A stretch of 63,472 nt of DNA, filler included, from Trichosphaerium sp. ATCC 40318 (taxonomy: Eukaryota; Protista; Tubulinea), in assembly GCA_038496445.1 (NCBI GenBank). It is 3 parts of 3 records of this genome, joined end to end, with 100 filler letters (N's around TTAATTAATTAA, not from the genome) between each part and the next. Parts side by side here need not be neighbours in the genome. Positions count along the whole stretch, not along the records: positions 24,926 to 52,697 come from JALMLS010000116.1; 2 more parts are not named here. The stretch is one strand, 5' to 3'. Below, piece by piece: positions 26,092-37,916 of this stretch (its first letter is position 1; each line of letters begins with the position of its first letter). The notes under the pieces were generated by a model. That model saw nothing but the letters and a program-made list of their open reading frames with translations, did no database searches and had not been told where the DNA came from. The position numbers and the translations under genes were made by a program.

Positions 26092-27617
26092 ATGGTATCA
26101 AGCTTTTTAAAAACGATAGTACTATTAAAAATACTTTCTATTACTCACGGATATAATTTGTTGTTTGTTGTACGTGTTATTCGCGTTTCTTTTTATCTTC
26201 TCTACTGTTAACAGTTTACAGACAGAATGTACCAATGATGGCCTTGTGAAAATTCCAACCGACATTCTATTGGTCGAACAGCTTGAAAATCGAGGGATAA
26301 ATATCACGTGCTTACACGACAGCAGTTTTAAAAACAATCAAAAACACCTGGCTCTAAACTACGATGCAGTGGTACAAAAATACGCAAAACATCTTGCCTA
26401 CAGCGTCTACACTAGTTTACTGACCATAAATGCATAGTTTGTATCGTCTAGGACAGCATCAACCAATTTAGGAAATGTTAAAGACCTAGCAGCGCCCATG
26501 GTGGTATGCGTGCGTAATGCTTTCTCTGCTCTTGGATTTGGACAAGGCATTAATTAGAATAGTGGCTTTCTGTAAACTAACTATAGTTTAGACTTTGACA
26601 TGTATGACTCGGATACTATACGTATTGCTAGTTCGCAAAGTTCGTTGATCGCGGGGTTATCCGGTAATATTACCATTTACAACAGCACAAAACATTACAA
26701 CGTAGCAACAAGTCCAATGCCTCCTGGTGCCAAGGTTGACGCTGTTGCACTAAACGGACAACCAGCGTTATTCCACTTTGATACTGTACGAGGTTACTTA
26801 GTTTTGGCTCTTTTGTGATACCATTGAATAGGGAGATGAGATGGCAGATGGATTCATAGCACCACATTGCAGAGTTGGATTGTTTTTCGTGCATGATCAC
26901 ATTGATGTGTTGACTCCTCAGGGATTTGAAATTATCCTTGCTTCGCTTGAGTACAGCTTTAACTGTACAGGTTGCATCGGTGATATTCCAGTACCTGATG
27001 CAGAGTGTATAGATGGTACATGGACGGTGGTATCTGATTATACTGTTTCAGGAGTACAACTTATTCCGAGTGATGTTACTTTTCAAAAAAATCTTAACGT
27101 CTCGTCACAAGGAGTTCTTGCTCTGGAGCCTGAAGTTCAAGTAAGTCTGCACGTTACTAGGTATGTATCTTATTCTATGTGTTAGGTTACTGTTTATGGA
27201 TGCTTTACTCTAGATGGAACATTAGTTGTAAATGATGACTTGACAGATACTGCAACTGTTCTTGTGTTAAATGATACTTCTTGTGCATATCTGAATACTA
27301 GCAAGATAACAAATAAGCACCTTGATTCATCGTGCGCATTGATAAAACTAGTACTTGGGACAGTAACCATGCTGAATCAATGCAATTCAGAGAAGGCATG
27401 CTATGACACGTGAAGTGTAGTTAACCAATTGTAGGATGATGTAAACATTGGAATGATAGTAGGAATACTTTTTGCTATAGTAATCGTAGTGCTTGCTTTG
27501 GTAATCATTGCTTTCTACACAATAAGACCTTTAAGGAACTCTATACAACCCTTCAGGTTGAGCCGAAGACAAAAAACAGGGACTGGAACTTCTGTACCAC
27601 CACGTGGCAATACATAA
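26092..27617 (+). CDS. Multi-exon type I membrane protein of unknown function
   Basis: Signal-like LYVLFAFLFIFSTVNS, Cys-containing ectodomain, TM segment IGMIVGILFAIVIVVLALVIIAF, short basic tail. Start tentative. Confidence 0.65.
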
Positions 27618-27718
27618 TAAAATATTTTCAAACCGTTTATTGTAAAGGCTTTTTGGTGTTACTCTCAACTTTTTCAGTGAAGGTACTTTAGACAGGAGGC
27701 TTAATATCCGTAGCAGTA

Positions 27719-29165
27719 ATGGAATTCACTATTTTGAAAGCTCCATACGCAATGGCGAGATCAATTACACCGTTAAATATGCCTTTGGAGATTCTTGGAG
27801 AAATATTTATTAGATCGCTTATTTTAGATATAAAAGATCTCCTACAGCTTCGGCGCGTTTGTAAATACTTTAAATCAGCGATTGATGGGACTCCTACGTA
27901 TAAAGTAATATTAGAGCCGTAAAAGCGTACTACACCGCCTGTTTAACTCCTTGATAGGATCTGTCAACTGTCTATACGTTTACTACAGTTGCTGGCTTCG
28001 AAATAACTCCAACAACTCAAAACGACACGTTACAAACTTCAAAACCGACTAAATCCGCATTTGGTAATATAATGGGGTTCGCCCAGGATAGAGATGGTCA
28101 CGTACGGCTTTTTTTGTGTTCTTGAACCGACACGCGTCATAATGTTATCTAATAACCCAACAGCTATTAATTTTGGACGAAACAAGCAGTAGTGTATTAA
28201 AACTAGACACAACTGACGGAACTGTAACAAAAATCGCCGGAGAAGATCGAGGAAATGGTACAATTGCACGCAAAGACTGATTGATTGTTGGTTTTGAATT
28301 TCACTTCGTTCTTTAGTCCAAAAATCAGTACTTCCAAGCCTTCTTATATTATGATACTAGGTCTACATGATGGACCAATACCATTAGCGATGTTTAATGC
28401 ACCTTGTGACATAGAGGTAGACAGTGATTACAACGTTTTTGTCTCGGACTCTGGAAACCATTGCGTTCGAAAGATAGACTTTTCAAAAGGTAACACGTGA
28501 TTCGTTTTTTTTAATTATTCAACTCGGTATTTATCCAAAAAGATATACACTAGTATAGCTAACTTTTGTTCAAATTAGGTGTAGTTGAGACAGTTGCTGG
28601 GAATAGAATTGCAAAATCGATATTTTATTTTCAAGAAGGTATTTGCTTTGATAACGTTGGTGATTTGATTGTAGCGGATACATGGCATTATCAACTGGCA
28701 AAAGTACCTATTAAAACATTACCTCAAGGCCAAACAAAAGCAAAAGTAAAAGTGCTTGCTGGAGTATCCAAAAAAGGTCAACAAGTAGTAGACGGTTGTG
28801 GTCAAAAAGCTACTTTTGCTTATCCAAAAAGAGTTTGTTATGATAAAGTCTTTAAAGTTATATTAGTGGTTGATAGGACAAGAATAAGATCAGTAACAGC
28901 TTCTGGGGTTGTTTCTACAGTATTAAATTTAAGAGACTTTACAGAAGATTGGAGTAAAGAAGACGTTAATGATGTTACAACAGATTCAAGAGGTGACTTA
29001 CTTTTAGGCTGTAGAAGTGGTATTCTTAAGTATTGCCGCACTACAAAACATATGGTTAAGCTAAAGACTGTTCCTTGCTTGAAAAAAATTACAAAACTAA
29101 GATTATTTGGTAATGAGTTGTATGTTTGTGTAAATTCTACAAGTATACTTTACGTCAAAATTTAA
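27719..29165 (+). CDS. F-box + NHL beta-propeller repeat protein
   Basis: F-box MPLEILGEIF...LLQLRRVCKYFK; NHL motifs FNAPCDIEVDSDYNVFVSDSGNHCVRKI, GICFDNVGDLIVADT, ATFAYPKRV. Confidence 0.8.
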
Positions 29166-29464
29166 AATAAACACTTTCTTTTTTTGATCATTATTTGTCA
29201 TATTGTTCTAACAAAAAAAACACCAGCAATTACATTTGAAGAAATAGCCGATAGGTTGCTTAGACAGTATTGCTAGAGGCTACAGTATTCGAATTACATA
29301 TGGATGAAATAACAAGTACAAACCGATATTTAAACTGATGACAGAGTTTCTGTGAAACAAATAAACCAGTTCAATATTCACTTTTTTTTTTTTCGGCTAA
29401 ATTCTTTCTGTTATTTCTTAAAACAGTCATCAATACTCACAGCACGCTACAGTGAGTACTAGAC

Positions 29465-31132
29465 ATGAGTTTCTTAGCTGCAATTAAACAAAGAAGACCT
29501 GACACAGATATTGATCCAAAAGATCTCTGTAAAGGCGAAAAGTATGATATTAATCTTCAGGGGTGCGGTCACGGTAATTACGGACGTTTAGCGCAAGTAC
29601 GTTGTTAAAATAGCCAAAAGTAGTTTCTTCCGATTCGTTTCGCTTTGTTTCGCGTGTCAGGTACAAAGAAGATATTTTAATACATATTTAGGCAAACTTG
29701 ATTCCGCTTGCACGGTTTACACGCTGTAAAGCCTTAAATAAGATAAAATTCTCTACAATAGCGACAGGTGCAGCTCATATACTCGGTTTGGACACAAACG
29801 GATCTCTTTACACTTGGGGAAAGTGTCATTACGGCCAGCTTGGCCATGGACAAAAGGATACAGACAGGCACGTACCGCACACGTATATAATTAACACTCA
29901 AACAGATGGTTGCCAACACTTGTAGACAAGCTTAAAGATGTAAAAATAACTGCTATCGGAGCAGGTGATTCCACGGCATTCGCAGTTAGCGCCGGTAAGA
30001 AAAACCTTTACCCGATCAAAGCTAAGTTCTTTCTTTAGGAAAAATATACGGTTGGGGTTGTGGCTTTTATGGTACTCGTGTTGTGTGGAGAGTAGTGTTT
30101 GTTGATACATTTTATAAGGTGCTCTTGGCCACGGGAATGAAACTAGTTTTTCTACTCCGAAAGTTATCGAGGCACTTAAAGATGATGTAGTGAGTGTTAC
30201 TGGCGGTGGTTTCCATACTGTTGTAGTTTCAAAATCTGCAATTTACTCGTTTGGTATACTACATACACAACAACTTGACGATGATTCATTGTTTCGTTTG
30301 ATCTTCTGATGCTCATCTTTTACTGACAACTATTTACTAATATTGTCCTAGGTAAGAATGAACGAGGTCAGCTAGGATTAGGAGATTGTTTAAATCGCAA
30401 TGTGCCAAACAAGATAAATAGTAAAGAGCTATTTAAGGAACAAGACCTGTCTTCGATACAAGTTGCTTGTGGCTTAGGTCATACAGTGCTAGTAAAAGAT
30501 GGTTGTGCTTACAGTACTGGTACATCCGAGGTTCTTTAATATTCAGAGCTTATTATGATCCAGGAGATAATAGTACTGGTCAACTTGGTATTGATAAAAA
30601 AGTAATGGAAGTAAACTTGTTCTCAAAGGTATATATCTTGCTTTAGATATCACTTATTAAATACCTTAGATGTCTACATCCAATGTTATAGCTGCTGCTG
30701 CGAGTAAGGATTCAACTATAATATTACAAAAAGATGGCACAGTTGTCAGCGTTTATAACCAAGGTGGTAAAGTAAAAACAGCAAAAAAAGTAGTATCTAT
30801 TGCAGCAGGTAAGAGTTGAACCTCATCGTAGAATGAGTTCGAATTTATGAGAATAATTAGGAGAGAAGCACTACCTTGCACTTGATACAGAAGGTTCCGT
30901 ATGGACTTGGGGAGAATCATACAAGGGCAAACTTGGAAGGAATGGTGAATATCATAGTGCGTTTTTTCTTTTGCCATTTAATAGCTTTATTTGTTTACGT
31001 CTTTTTTCAGAACCAGGAATAGCTGCAACAAAAGGAAAAGTAAGAAAGTCACTTGAAATTTGAGTTAATAGCCTTTAGGTTGTTCAAGTTGCTGCAGGAT
31101 CAAATCATTCGTTCGTGTTAACTAAAGAGTAA
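29465..31132 (+). CDS. RCC1-repeat protein
   Basis: IATGAAHILGLDTNGSLYTWGKCHYGQLGHG, GGGFHTVVV, FGKNERGQLGLG, VACGLGHT, VAAGSNHS across exons. Confidence 0.88.
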
Positions 31133-31304
31133 AGTGGAAAGAATTTAATTTAGACGAATTGGTTTGTTAACACGTATGTTTTCCTCTTGTTTTTGATTGT
31201 TGTATCACCTATATATCCTCTTAGCTGCGCAAAAAATGTATTGCAAAGTTTCACATTCGACAAGAAAAGGCGAATACAAAAACATCACATAATACAAACA
31301 TTGA

Positions 31305-31537
31305 CATATATTCGGACAGTAAGCATGGAGTTTGCTATTGCACTCTGTCTTTGTGCTTTAGTATCACCCCTACCAGGGAAGTCAATGAAGATGTTTGTGT
31401 TATCACCAGGACTCCAAGTATCGGCTTGGTCTCATTTACATGAAATAGTTGTACTTGGGGTAAGGTAAAAGGCTATAAAGGCCTTGACTTTCAAATTCCC
31501 TACGTAAGGAGCACGTGTACACTTTCGAACGCTTTTT
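31305..31537 (+). ncRNA. Structured ncRNA family, copy 1 (upstream element degenerate)
   Basis: CTGTCTTTGTGCTTT (31345); AAGTCAATG; AAGGC-TATAAAG-GCCTT (31469-31485); GACTT; GCTTTTT (31531-31537). 5' end inferred. Confidence 0.6.
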
Positions 31538-32122
31538 ATTGTATCTATTGACCTGTTCAGCAGTGTTGACTGTTGTTCATATTTTGGTACGCAACTTTCG
31601 AAAAGAAATTGCTCTTGTCAAAGAAATATGGTTAAACTGAACAAGCACGTTCATGTGTGACAAAACGGATGTGTCTGGGTTTAAATCATCGAAGCGTTGT
31701 ACTTGTCAAAGCCAGCTTTCGTAGTATTAGTAAATATCATTTTTTTGGTTTAAAACTCCTCCAGATTACCTAATACGATTCTTTGCGCGTAGAAAGCGAT
31801 ATAGTAGGTGGTTATACAGTTTGTAACATAACTACGATACGTACTATTTCATGCTGGTTACGCACAAGATTTGTTATAGCGTACGAATTCGAAGTTACGA
31901 CCGTCGCAAAGAGATCGCATCAGCAGAGAACCTCTTCGTTAAAAAAAATTGTGGTTTTGTCTGTTTGACCCACAATTCAACGATAACAAGTGTTTATCAA
32001 TAATGGGTACCGTTTAATATTTACCTGAATACTTTTGTAGAGGCACACTTTACAATAACTAAATAAGGAAGTTCGAATTGTCGAGACTGAGTTCAAAACG
32101 TATCGTCGTTTGAAGTTTGTAC

Positions 32123-32348
32123 TGTATTGTTTGATATCATGTATGTCGCCTTTCGAGGTACTCTGACTTTGTGCTTTGTTATCGGCCAAGTGGGTTAGTC
32201 AATGCAATTGTTCGGCTTTACAGCAGAACTTCCTGTTCTTACAGGCTCCTGCAAGAAATTGTTTCGGAGAGCGGAAATGGCTATAAACGCCTGACTTCAC
32301 CCGTAGTCTTACACAAATGGCACCATGCAAGTGTTGGACTAGCTTTTT
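32123..32348 (+). ncRNA. Structured ncRNA family, copy 2 (close paralog of copy 8)
   Basis: CTGACTTTGTGCTTT (32163); AGTCAATG; GGC-TATAAAC-GCC (32279-32291); GACT; AGCTTTTT (32341-32348). 5' end inferred. Confidence 0.62.
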
Positions 32349-32525
32349 GTAAATGTAATTTTTTACAATTGTACTAGTATGCTAGTCAATATCAATACAA
32401 CCTGACAGGCCTTTAATTTGGTGCAGCTTGATCAAAATGCTGAAGTTGTTCCGAGAACTGACACCTTTACCACTTAAATGTGAGTTTCTTGACTTTACAG
32501 TGTTGTACGATCTGTTCAAAATAAC

Positions 32526-32755
32526 AAAAGATAGACCATTATGTGTATGCACCCCTCTTACGTAAATCCACGAGAAGTCGAGGCATTTATAGCCTGCGTC
32601 AATCCCCTATACAATTTCTTGTGGATGGAGCCCGCTCAGCAGGGTTTTTGACTAAATCAAATAATTTCATGGACTTGCCTACGGGGGCTCAGACCAAAGT
32701 ACAAGGTCAGTTGCACAATGGTGGAACTTACACAGTAATTGATACTTTCAATGTA
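32526..32755 (-). ncRNA. Structured ncRNA family, copy 3 (inverted near-duplicate of copy 4)
   Basis: CTGACCTTGTACTTT (from 32710); AAGTCCATG; AGGC-TATAAAT-GCCT (32595-32581); CGACTT; CTTTT. Upstream CCACACTTTTTTT. Confidence 0.65.
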
Positions 32756-32802
32756 TTAATGTAAGCAGGCAAACTTGTTTTATGCTCATCAACTTTCAGA
32801 AT

Positions 32803-32815
32803 AAAAAAAGTGTGG
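32803..32815 (-). promoter_or_regulatory. DUSE-like upstream element of ncRNA copy 3
   Basis: CCACAC+T7, 105 nt upstream of CTGAC. Confidence 0.55.
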
Positions 32816-33415
32816 TTCTAGAAAATACAGGAATTAGGGTATTCCAGCCTTATACATCACAACAAAGTGAATACGACCGGACCATCTTTACTACATAAAG
32901 AAGCCTGCGCCAAAAATATGTTTGCAAGTTGTGCTTTAAATGGGAACAAAAAGCTCGAATAGTGCAATCGGTTAAACGCGTGGAGGTGTTTAACTGAGCT
33001 CTTGAAGCTACACAAACTCGAAAAAGCAGTAAAAAGGTAGTATGACAAAACAATAGTACGCAACAAGCCCTTCTCTGAACATGTAGATCTCTTTGAATTT
33101 GCCGTTGAATTGCGATTCTGTACCTTTAGAAACTACCCCTTTGTAATGCGGTTTATACAACCATAGAGCCCGAACTGCAATAGTTTAAGTATTGCAATGG
33201 GACGAATTGTACTAAACTGCAAAACTTAAGGGCTGTCAAAGAGATGGCTAATTTCCGGACTTGCTGTTTACAGCAAAGGAGTCATGCTATGCCTAGACTT
33301 TCATATGTTTGCGCGTTTATCTAAAGCCAAAGGTACAATAGATAATACTATGTATGACCTTTTAGGCCTCTGTGATGCAAGGCTGAAATAGACTAATTCG
33401 TGTATTTCCTCAATA

Positions 33416-33430
33416 CCACAATTTTTTTTT
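33416..33430 (+). promoter_or_regulatory. DUSE-like upstream element of ncRNA copy 4
   Basis: CCACAA+T9, 106 nt upstream of CTGAC. Confidence 0.6.
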
Positions 33431-33475
33431 CTTCAAAGTTGATGAGCATAAAACAAGGTTGCTTGCTTACATTAA

Positions 33476-33707
33476 TACATTGAAAGTATCAATTACTGTG
33501 TATGTTGCTGCCATTGTATATCTGACCTTGTACTTTGGTTTAGGCCCTTGTAGGCAAGTCCATGAAGTTGTTTGGTTTAATCAAACATCCCAGCTAAGCG
33601 GGCTCCATCCACAAGAAATTGTATTGGGGATTGACGCAGGCTATAAATGCCTCGACTTCTCGTGGATTTACGTAAGAGGTACCATACACATAATGATGTA
33701 TCTTTTT
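33476..33707 (+). ncRNA. Structured ncRNA family, copy 4
   Basis: CTGACCTTGTACTTT (33522); AAGTCCATG; AGGC-TATAAAT-GCCT (33638-33652); CGACTT; CTTTTT (33702-33707). Upstream CCACAATTTTTTTTT at 33416. Confidence 0.68.
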
Positions 33708-33824
33708 GTACCTGAAGTGATCGTCGCTGCCTCCAAGGAACGCTATACAAGTACAAACATATCTGAAGCATTGTGATGAAAGTGTAAAGTCAAACTATTG
33801 CTTCTTCTCCTCTTATTCAGGTGT

Positions 33825-34933
33825 CAAAAAATATACCGGTTGGAAGTGAAGATTGGGTTATAACAAAACCGACAGGGGTAATACAAGGTAACCTATTCAG
33901 AAAATTGAAATCCATACAACACGAAAAACATGTACTCAGTTTACAAAACAATGCTAAAGACCATGGAAGATCTAGAAAAAATTTAATACTTCCACTATCA
34001 TCCTACACACCCGTCACACACCTTTCAATCCCAATCAAACTTTGGCTCCTAAAAGTACGCACTAATACTTTACCTCTTAATGAGTTCCAACATAAACGCA
34101 GTAAGACTAAAGGTCACATCCAAGCTTATCAACTTTGTAACCAGATCAAATATCCTAATAGTTATTGTACTTTATGTAAACAAAAAAACATTCAATGCAC
34201 AGAAAACTTCAAACATTTTTGCACATGCAATAACGTTGAATCTAAGATAGATATAAAATATCACACAAATAGAATAATACAAGAATTTTTAGGAAAAAAC
34301 AAAGATAAAAACAATCCTATCGCTCTATACAACAAACATGCAGGCGGTAACAACCTTTTCTGCAAATCTAAGTGGCCAACCAAGAATAAAACCTACCCAT
34401 CGCCTGACCAAATAGAACTAGCTAAACTTGGTAGTTCCCTCACAATCAAAACAAAAGATTACAATATTAAACCCTGGTACCTAACCAATAACAACAACGA
34501 CCCTACCAATTTTAGAGGCTCTCAAGGTTACGTTACAGAAGAACTTATCAGTGAACTAAAAAAGAAAACCGGTACTAACAAAACAAACTCAATCAACGCC
34601 CTAGCTAAACGATTAAATCACATGTACATCACCTTTTTATACACTAAGTACCGTAATAGATGCCGTGAAACCCATTCCTTAAAAAAATCAAAGGGCCAAC
34701 ATGTCCCGATGCATTATATTAGATGGCAAGCTAAAGTTACACGCATGCGTCAATTTCTCCCTATTGCAAATGCAATACCCCTCTTTCCCAACACAACTAA
34801 CAATAATAATGTAATCCCATAGCATTCATTACAACAGCCAACCCAAACGCTTCGGCGTAGCCCTTTGGAGGCTAGAGGTGGGTTGGCTGTATAAAGATCG
34901 TTATTGACTTTTTTTTTTTTTTTTTTTTTTTTT
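33825..34933 (+). mobile_element. 5'-truncated non-LTR retrotransposon (L1-like zf-RVT C-terminus) with structured 3' UTR and poly(T) tail
   Basis: Intronless ORF 33821-34822 with LLKVRTNTLPL...YPNSYCTLCKQ...ENFKHFCTC. 12-bp TSD TTATTCAGGTGT at 33813-33824 and 34934-34945. T-run 34909-34935. Confidence 0.85.
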
Positions 34934-35254
34934 TTATTCAGGTGTAAAAATTGTGCAAAGGTGATAAGTACAAAAGCTTGTCCAACACGTGTACGGTGGG
35001 TTTTAAGCGAGATATTGCAACAAATGCAGTATTTATATCGCAAGGGCAGAGATACATTGAGTTGCTCGGTATTGAACATTATAAGATCACAACGGTAACA
35101 TTGTTAGCTACTAACACCATAAATATGTGCTCAGAATAAAACGATTGCTGAAGGACGAACAATAGCAATATTCATTACCTGTTAGGCAACTAAATTATGC
35201 TTGAACCTACATAAAGAGTTCTTTGGTAATTTGTGCATTGTTTCAAAAATCAAC

Positions 35255-35435
35255 AAAAGCCTACTTGATTAAGAGCACATCACCACTGACTGCAGGGGGA
35301 TTAAAGAGTCGAGACATTTATAGTCTGTGTCCGTTGTGTCAAGTACTTACACCTACATTGACTCGCCTAAGGGCAAGATAAAGCACGAAGTCAGTCGTAC
35401 AATGTCAAAACGCTGCTACAAGTTACAAGTATTCA
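35255..35435 (-). ncRNA. Structured ncRNA family, copy 5
   Basis: CTGACTTCGTGCTTT (from 35394); GAGTCAATG pairing with GACTC; AGAC-TATAAAT-GTCT (compensatory change); GCTTTT. Upstream CCCACTTTTTTTT. Confidence 0.68.
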
Positions 35436-35481
35436 AATTATTGGGGTTTTAATTTGTTTTTGTACACGGGTAATTTACCAG

Positions 35482-35496
35482 AAAAAAAAAAGTGGG
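35482..35496 (-). promoter_or_regulatory. DUSE-like upstream element of ncRNA copy 5
   Basis: CCCAC+T10, 101 nt upstream of CTGAC. Confidence 0.55.
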
Positions 35497-36224
35497 CAAA
35501 AGTTGATTGAGTTTTGTTCTTATTGCCTTGTATATTATATGCTGTAGTTGCTTCAAGTAATACCAACAGCCACAGCTGTAGAATCCACATCTAAAAAAGA
35601 AAGTCAAAAAAAATGTCCATCTCTTTGAAATCTCGTTAGATGAACACTTTTTATGAGCAACTGTATGAGTAAGCAAGACTGGTTTGGAGGAAGACTAACG
35701 TCTTGGTGGCTCTAACGCAACAAACGAGCAAGCGTTTATCTTCAAAAGGATTGTGAGGTTAGTCAGCAAAGTTCCTCAAACGCGAATTCGTGAGAATATA
35801 CAAACATCATCTTTTCAACGTGGTTTTTGAGAATTGCTTCGCAGTACATTTCATGCTGTAGACTGTATCTGCTAAACGATTTCTGCTTGATGCCACCTAC
35901 TTAAATACAATCCAAAATAAAATAAGGAGGTATGTATTCAACATGGTTCGAGTTTGCTATCTTTGCAACTTTTTGCTGTTTGTGACTTTTGGTTTTCGTG
36001 TTTAGTCAGATCTGACAGATCTTGCAACTTCTGTTAGTCCTTACAGAACTGAATTTGCTAGCAAGATCACCACAAGATCAGTTAGTTGTTAGTTCTTGTA
36101 AGATCTTACGATGGGACAAGAATTAGTCTCACAAACAACAAACTAGAAGATGATCGATACTAGTACCGTTTCGCTCCCACCCTAGTTTGTGAAAAATAAG
36201 CAATTGCAACAGAACAGTGATAGT

Positions 36225-37551
36225 TTATTGAGTAGGAGCTAGTGTAAGATACTTGGACGACATTGCTGTCTTAGAGTGTAACTCAGCTTTTTGTTTTTCA
36301 ACCAAGGCATAGCGAAATCGTTGTTGTTCGTATGTTCCGTAATTTTCGCGGTACTCAAACGGTGATAAAGTGTAGTCTGCTGGGACGCTAAGGTTGTTGT
36401 AAGAACTACGAGGAAAGAGGTCGTCTTCTTGGTTTAGAGGAAAAGAAGCAACAAGGGCTCCTTGGTTTTGCCCTAGCGAAACGCGGGTGGCATACGGTAA
36501 GAAGTAGGTACTATTGCTAGTTAATGAACCGGCAAGCTGAATCTTTTTGATAGATTTCAGGTGCAGCAAGTCTTTATCACAGATGAATGATGATTCAGGC
36601 AAGTACACAATTTCCGCATTTTCGAGTGCTTCTAGTGCTGCACTTGTAATATGACTAAGGCCTACCATGTTGATTTCGATAATATCATGTCCTATATCAA
36701 TAATGGCCTTGTCTGTTATGTTCGAACAATGTGTCAAATTAATTCTACGTACACCTTTCAATGCCATAATAGAATCATCTGTGAGCTTAGAGCATTTCGT
36801 CAGATCTATGGTATGGACGCCTTTCAGGTTTTTAATAAACTTCAACTTGTGGCAATGCTTCAAGTTTAAAGTATGTACGCCAGCTAAAACATCAACATTG
36901 GTAAGACGACTACATCTTTCCAATGAAATAGTATGAACACCTTTAAAAGCCGAGATGGTATCGTCATTAACCTGTTCACACCCTTTTAGCGAAACAGTAT
37001 GAGGTTTCAAGTTTCCCACAATGCGCAATGCGTCTTCAGAATTCTTGTTGAAATCCAAGTTAATACTTTTGAGGTTGGTGAGAGTCATCAGAAACTTCTT
37101 GGGGCAGTAAGTTATCGTAGATCCTATATCCACATGCCGCGCTTCTGACATAGCCATCCACATTGGGGTGGTCATCAATTCTGTAAACATAAAACGAGTA
37201 TTGAGTATGAAACCTCGCTGTCGGACAAAAGTAAAGTTTGTTCTTCGGTTAATCTTCAGTGTTTTATAACTAGAACGAGTTAATATCAAAGGTTGCTTTG
37301 AAAATAATTACTTACCCAACAGTATTATACATAATGTCACGCCATTTTCGGCATGTACGAGTAATATTTGTTCTGACATTTGGAACGAAATTGAATATGG
37401 TTTCTTCAATCTCTACTGGGACAGAAACAAACGGAGAGCTGGATTGGTGATAGAACTAAGCGAAAGTTAACTAATTAGGCTTCTACGAAAACACCTTGCT
37501 ACGTACAGTTTGTAGTTGGCGCTTAGGTTTACTGGCAGCTGGTGCTTCCAT
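36225..37551 (-). CDS. F-box + LRR protein, paralog 1
   Basis: F-box exon FVSVPVEIEETIFNFV...RTCRKWRDI, and a long exon with LAGVHTLNLKHC-type repeats. Confidence 0.85.
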
Positions 37552-37916
37552 TGGGGTGTGTTGCGTGTTTAAAATTTCTACGTTTGTCATATTACATTGT
37601 TGAGGACGTGTTGCAACTGTTGTATTGTGTAAAAAAATATCTATTCAAATGAAAAAATATGACATTTCTGTGTTGTAACTTATCAATCTGGATTGAGTTG
37701 ACCAAATATCAATCTACAACTTTTTTTGAACCTACTCTCTATCTGTTATTCTTGTGATACTAAACATAACTTACCAAAACTATATCAGATCTTCACAACG
37801 AAAAATTGTGCATTTTGGTAACTTTTCAAACCTTGGTGTGTATGGTATCTACTATACCATTAACGGCCTTTCATGAACTAAAAGGTATTCGGAAAAAATG
37901 CTTTACGAAAGAAACC

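Noticed and set aside
31320-31420. Minus-strand peptide FIDFPGRGDT resembling a GTPase G3 motif
   Set aside because: No G1/G4 motifs, an in-frame stop upstream, and it is the antisense of ncRNA copy 1.
33459-33776. ORFs over the ncRNA copies (31187, 32171, 32543, 33459, 45214) with similar 'QEIV...GYK' peptides
   Set aside because: Similarity is at nucleotide level with frame-breaking indels and stops between copies, so these are not a protein family.
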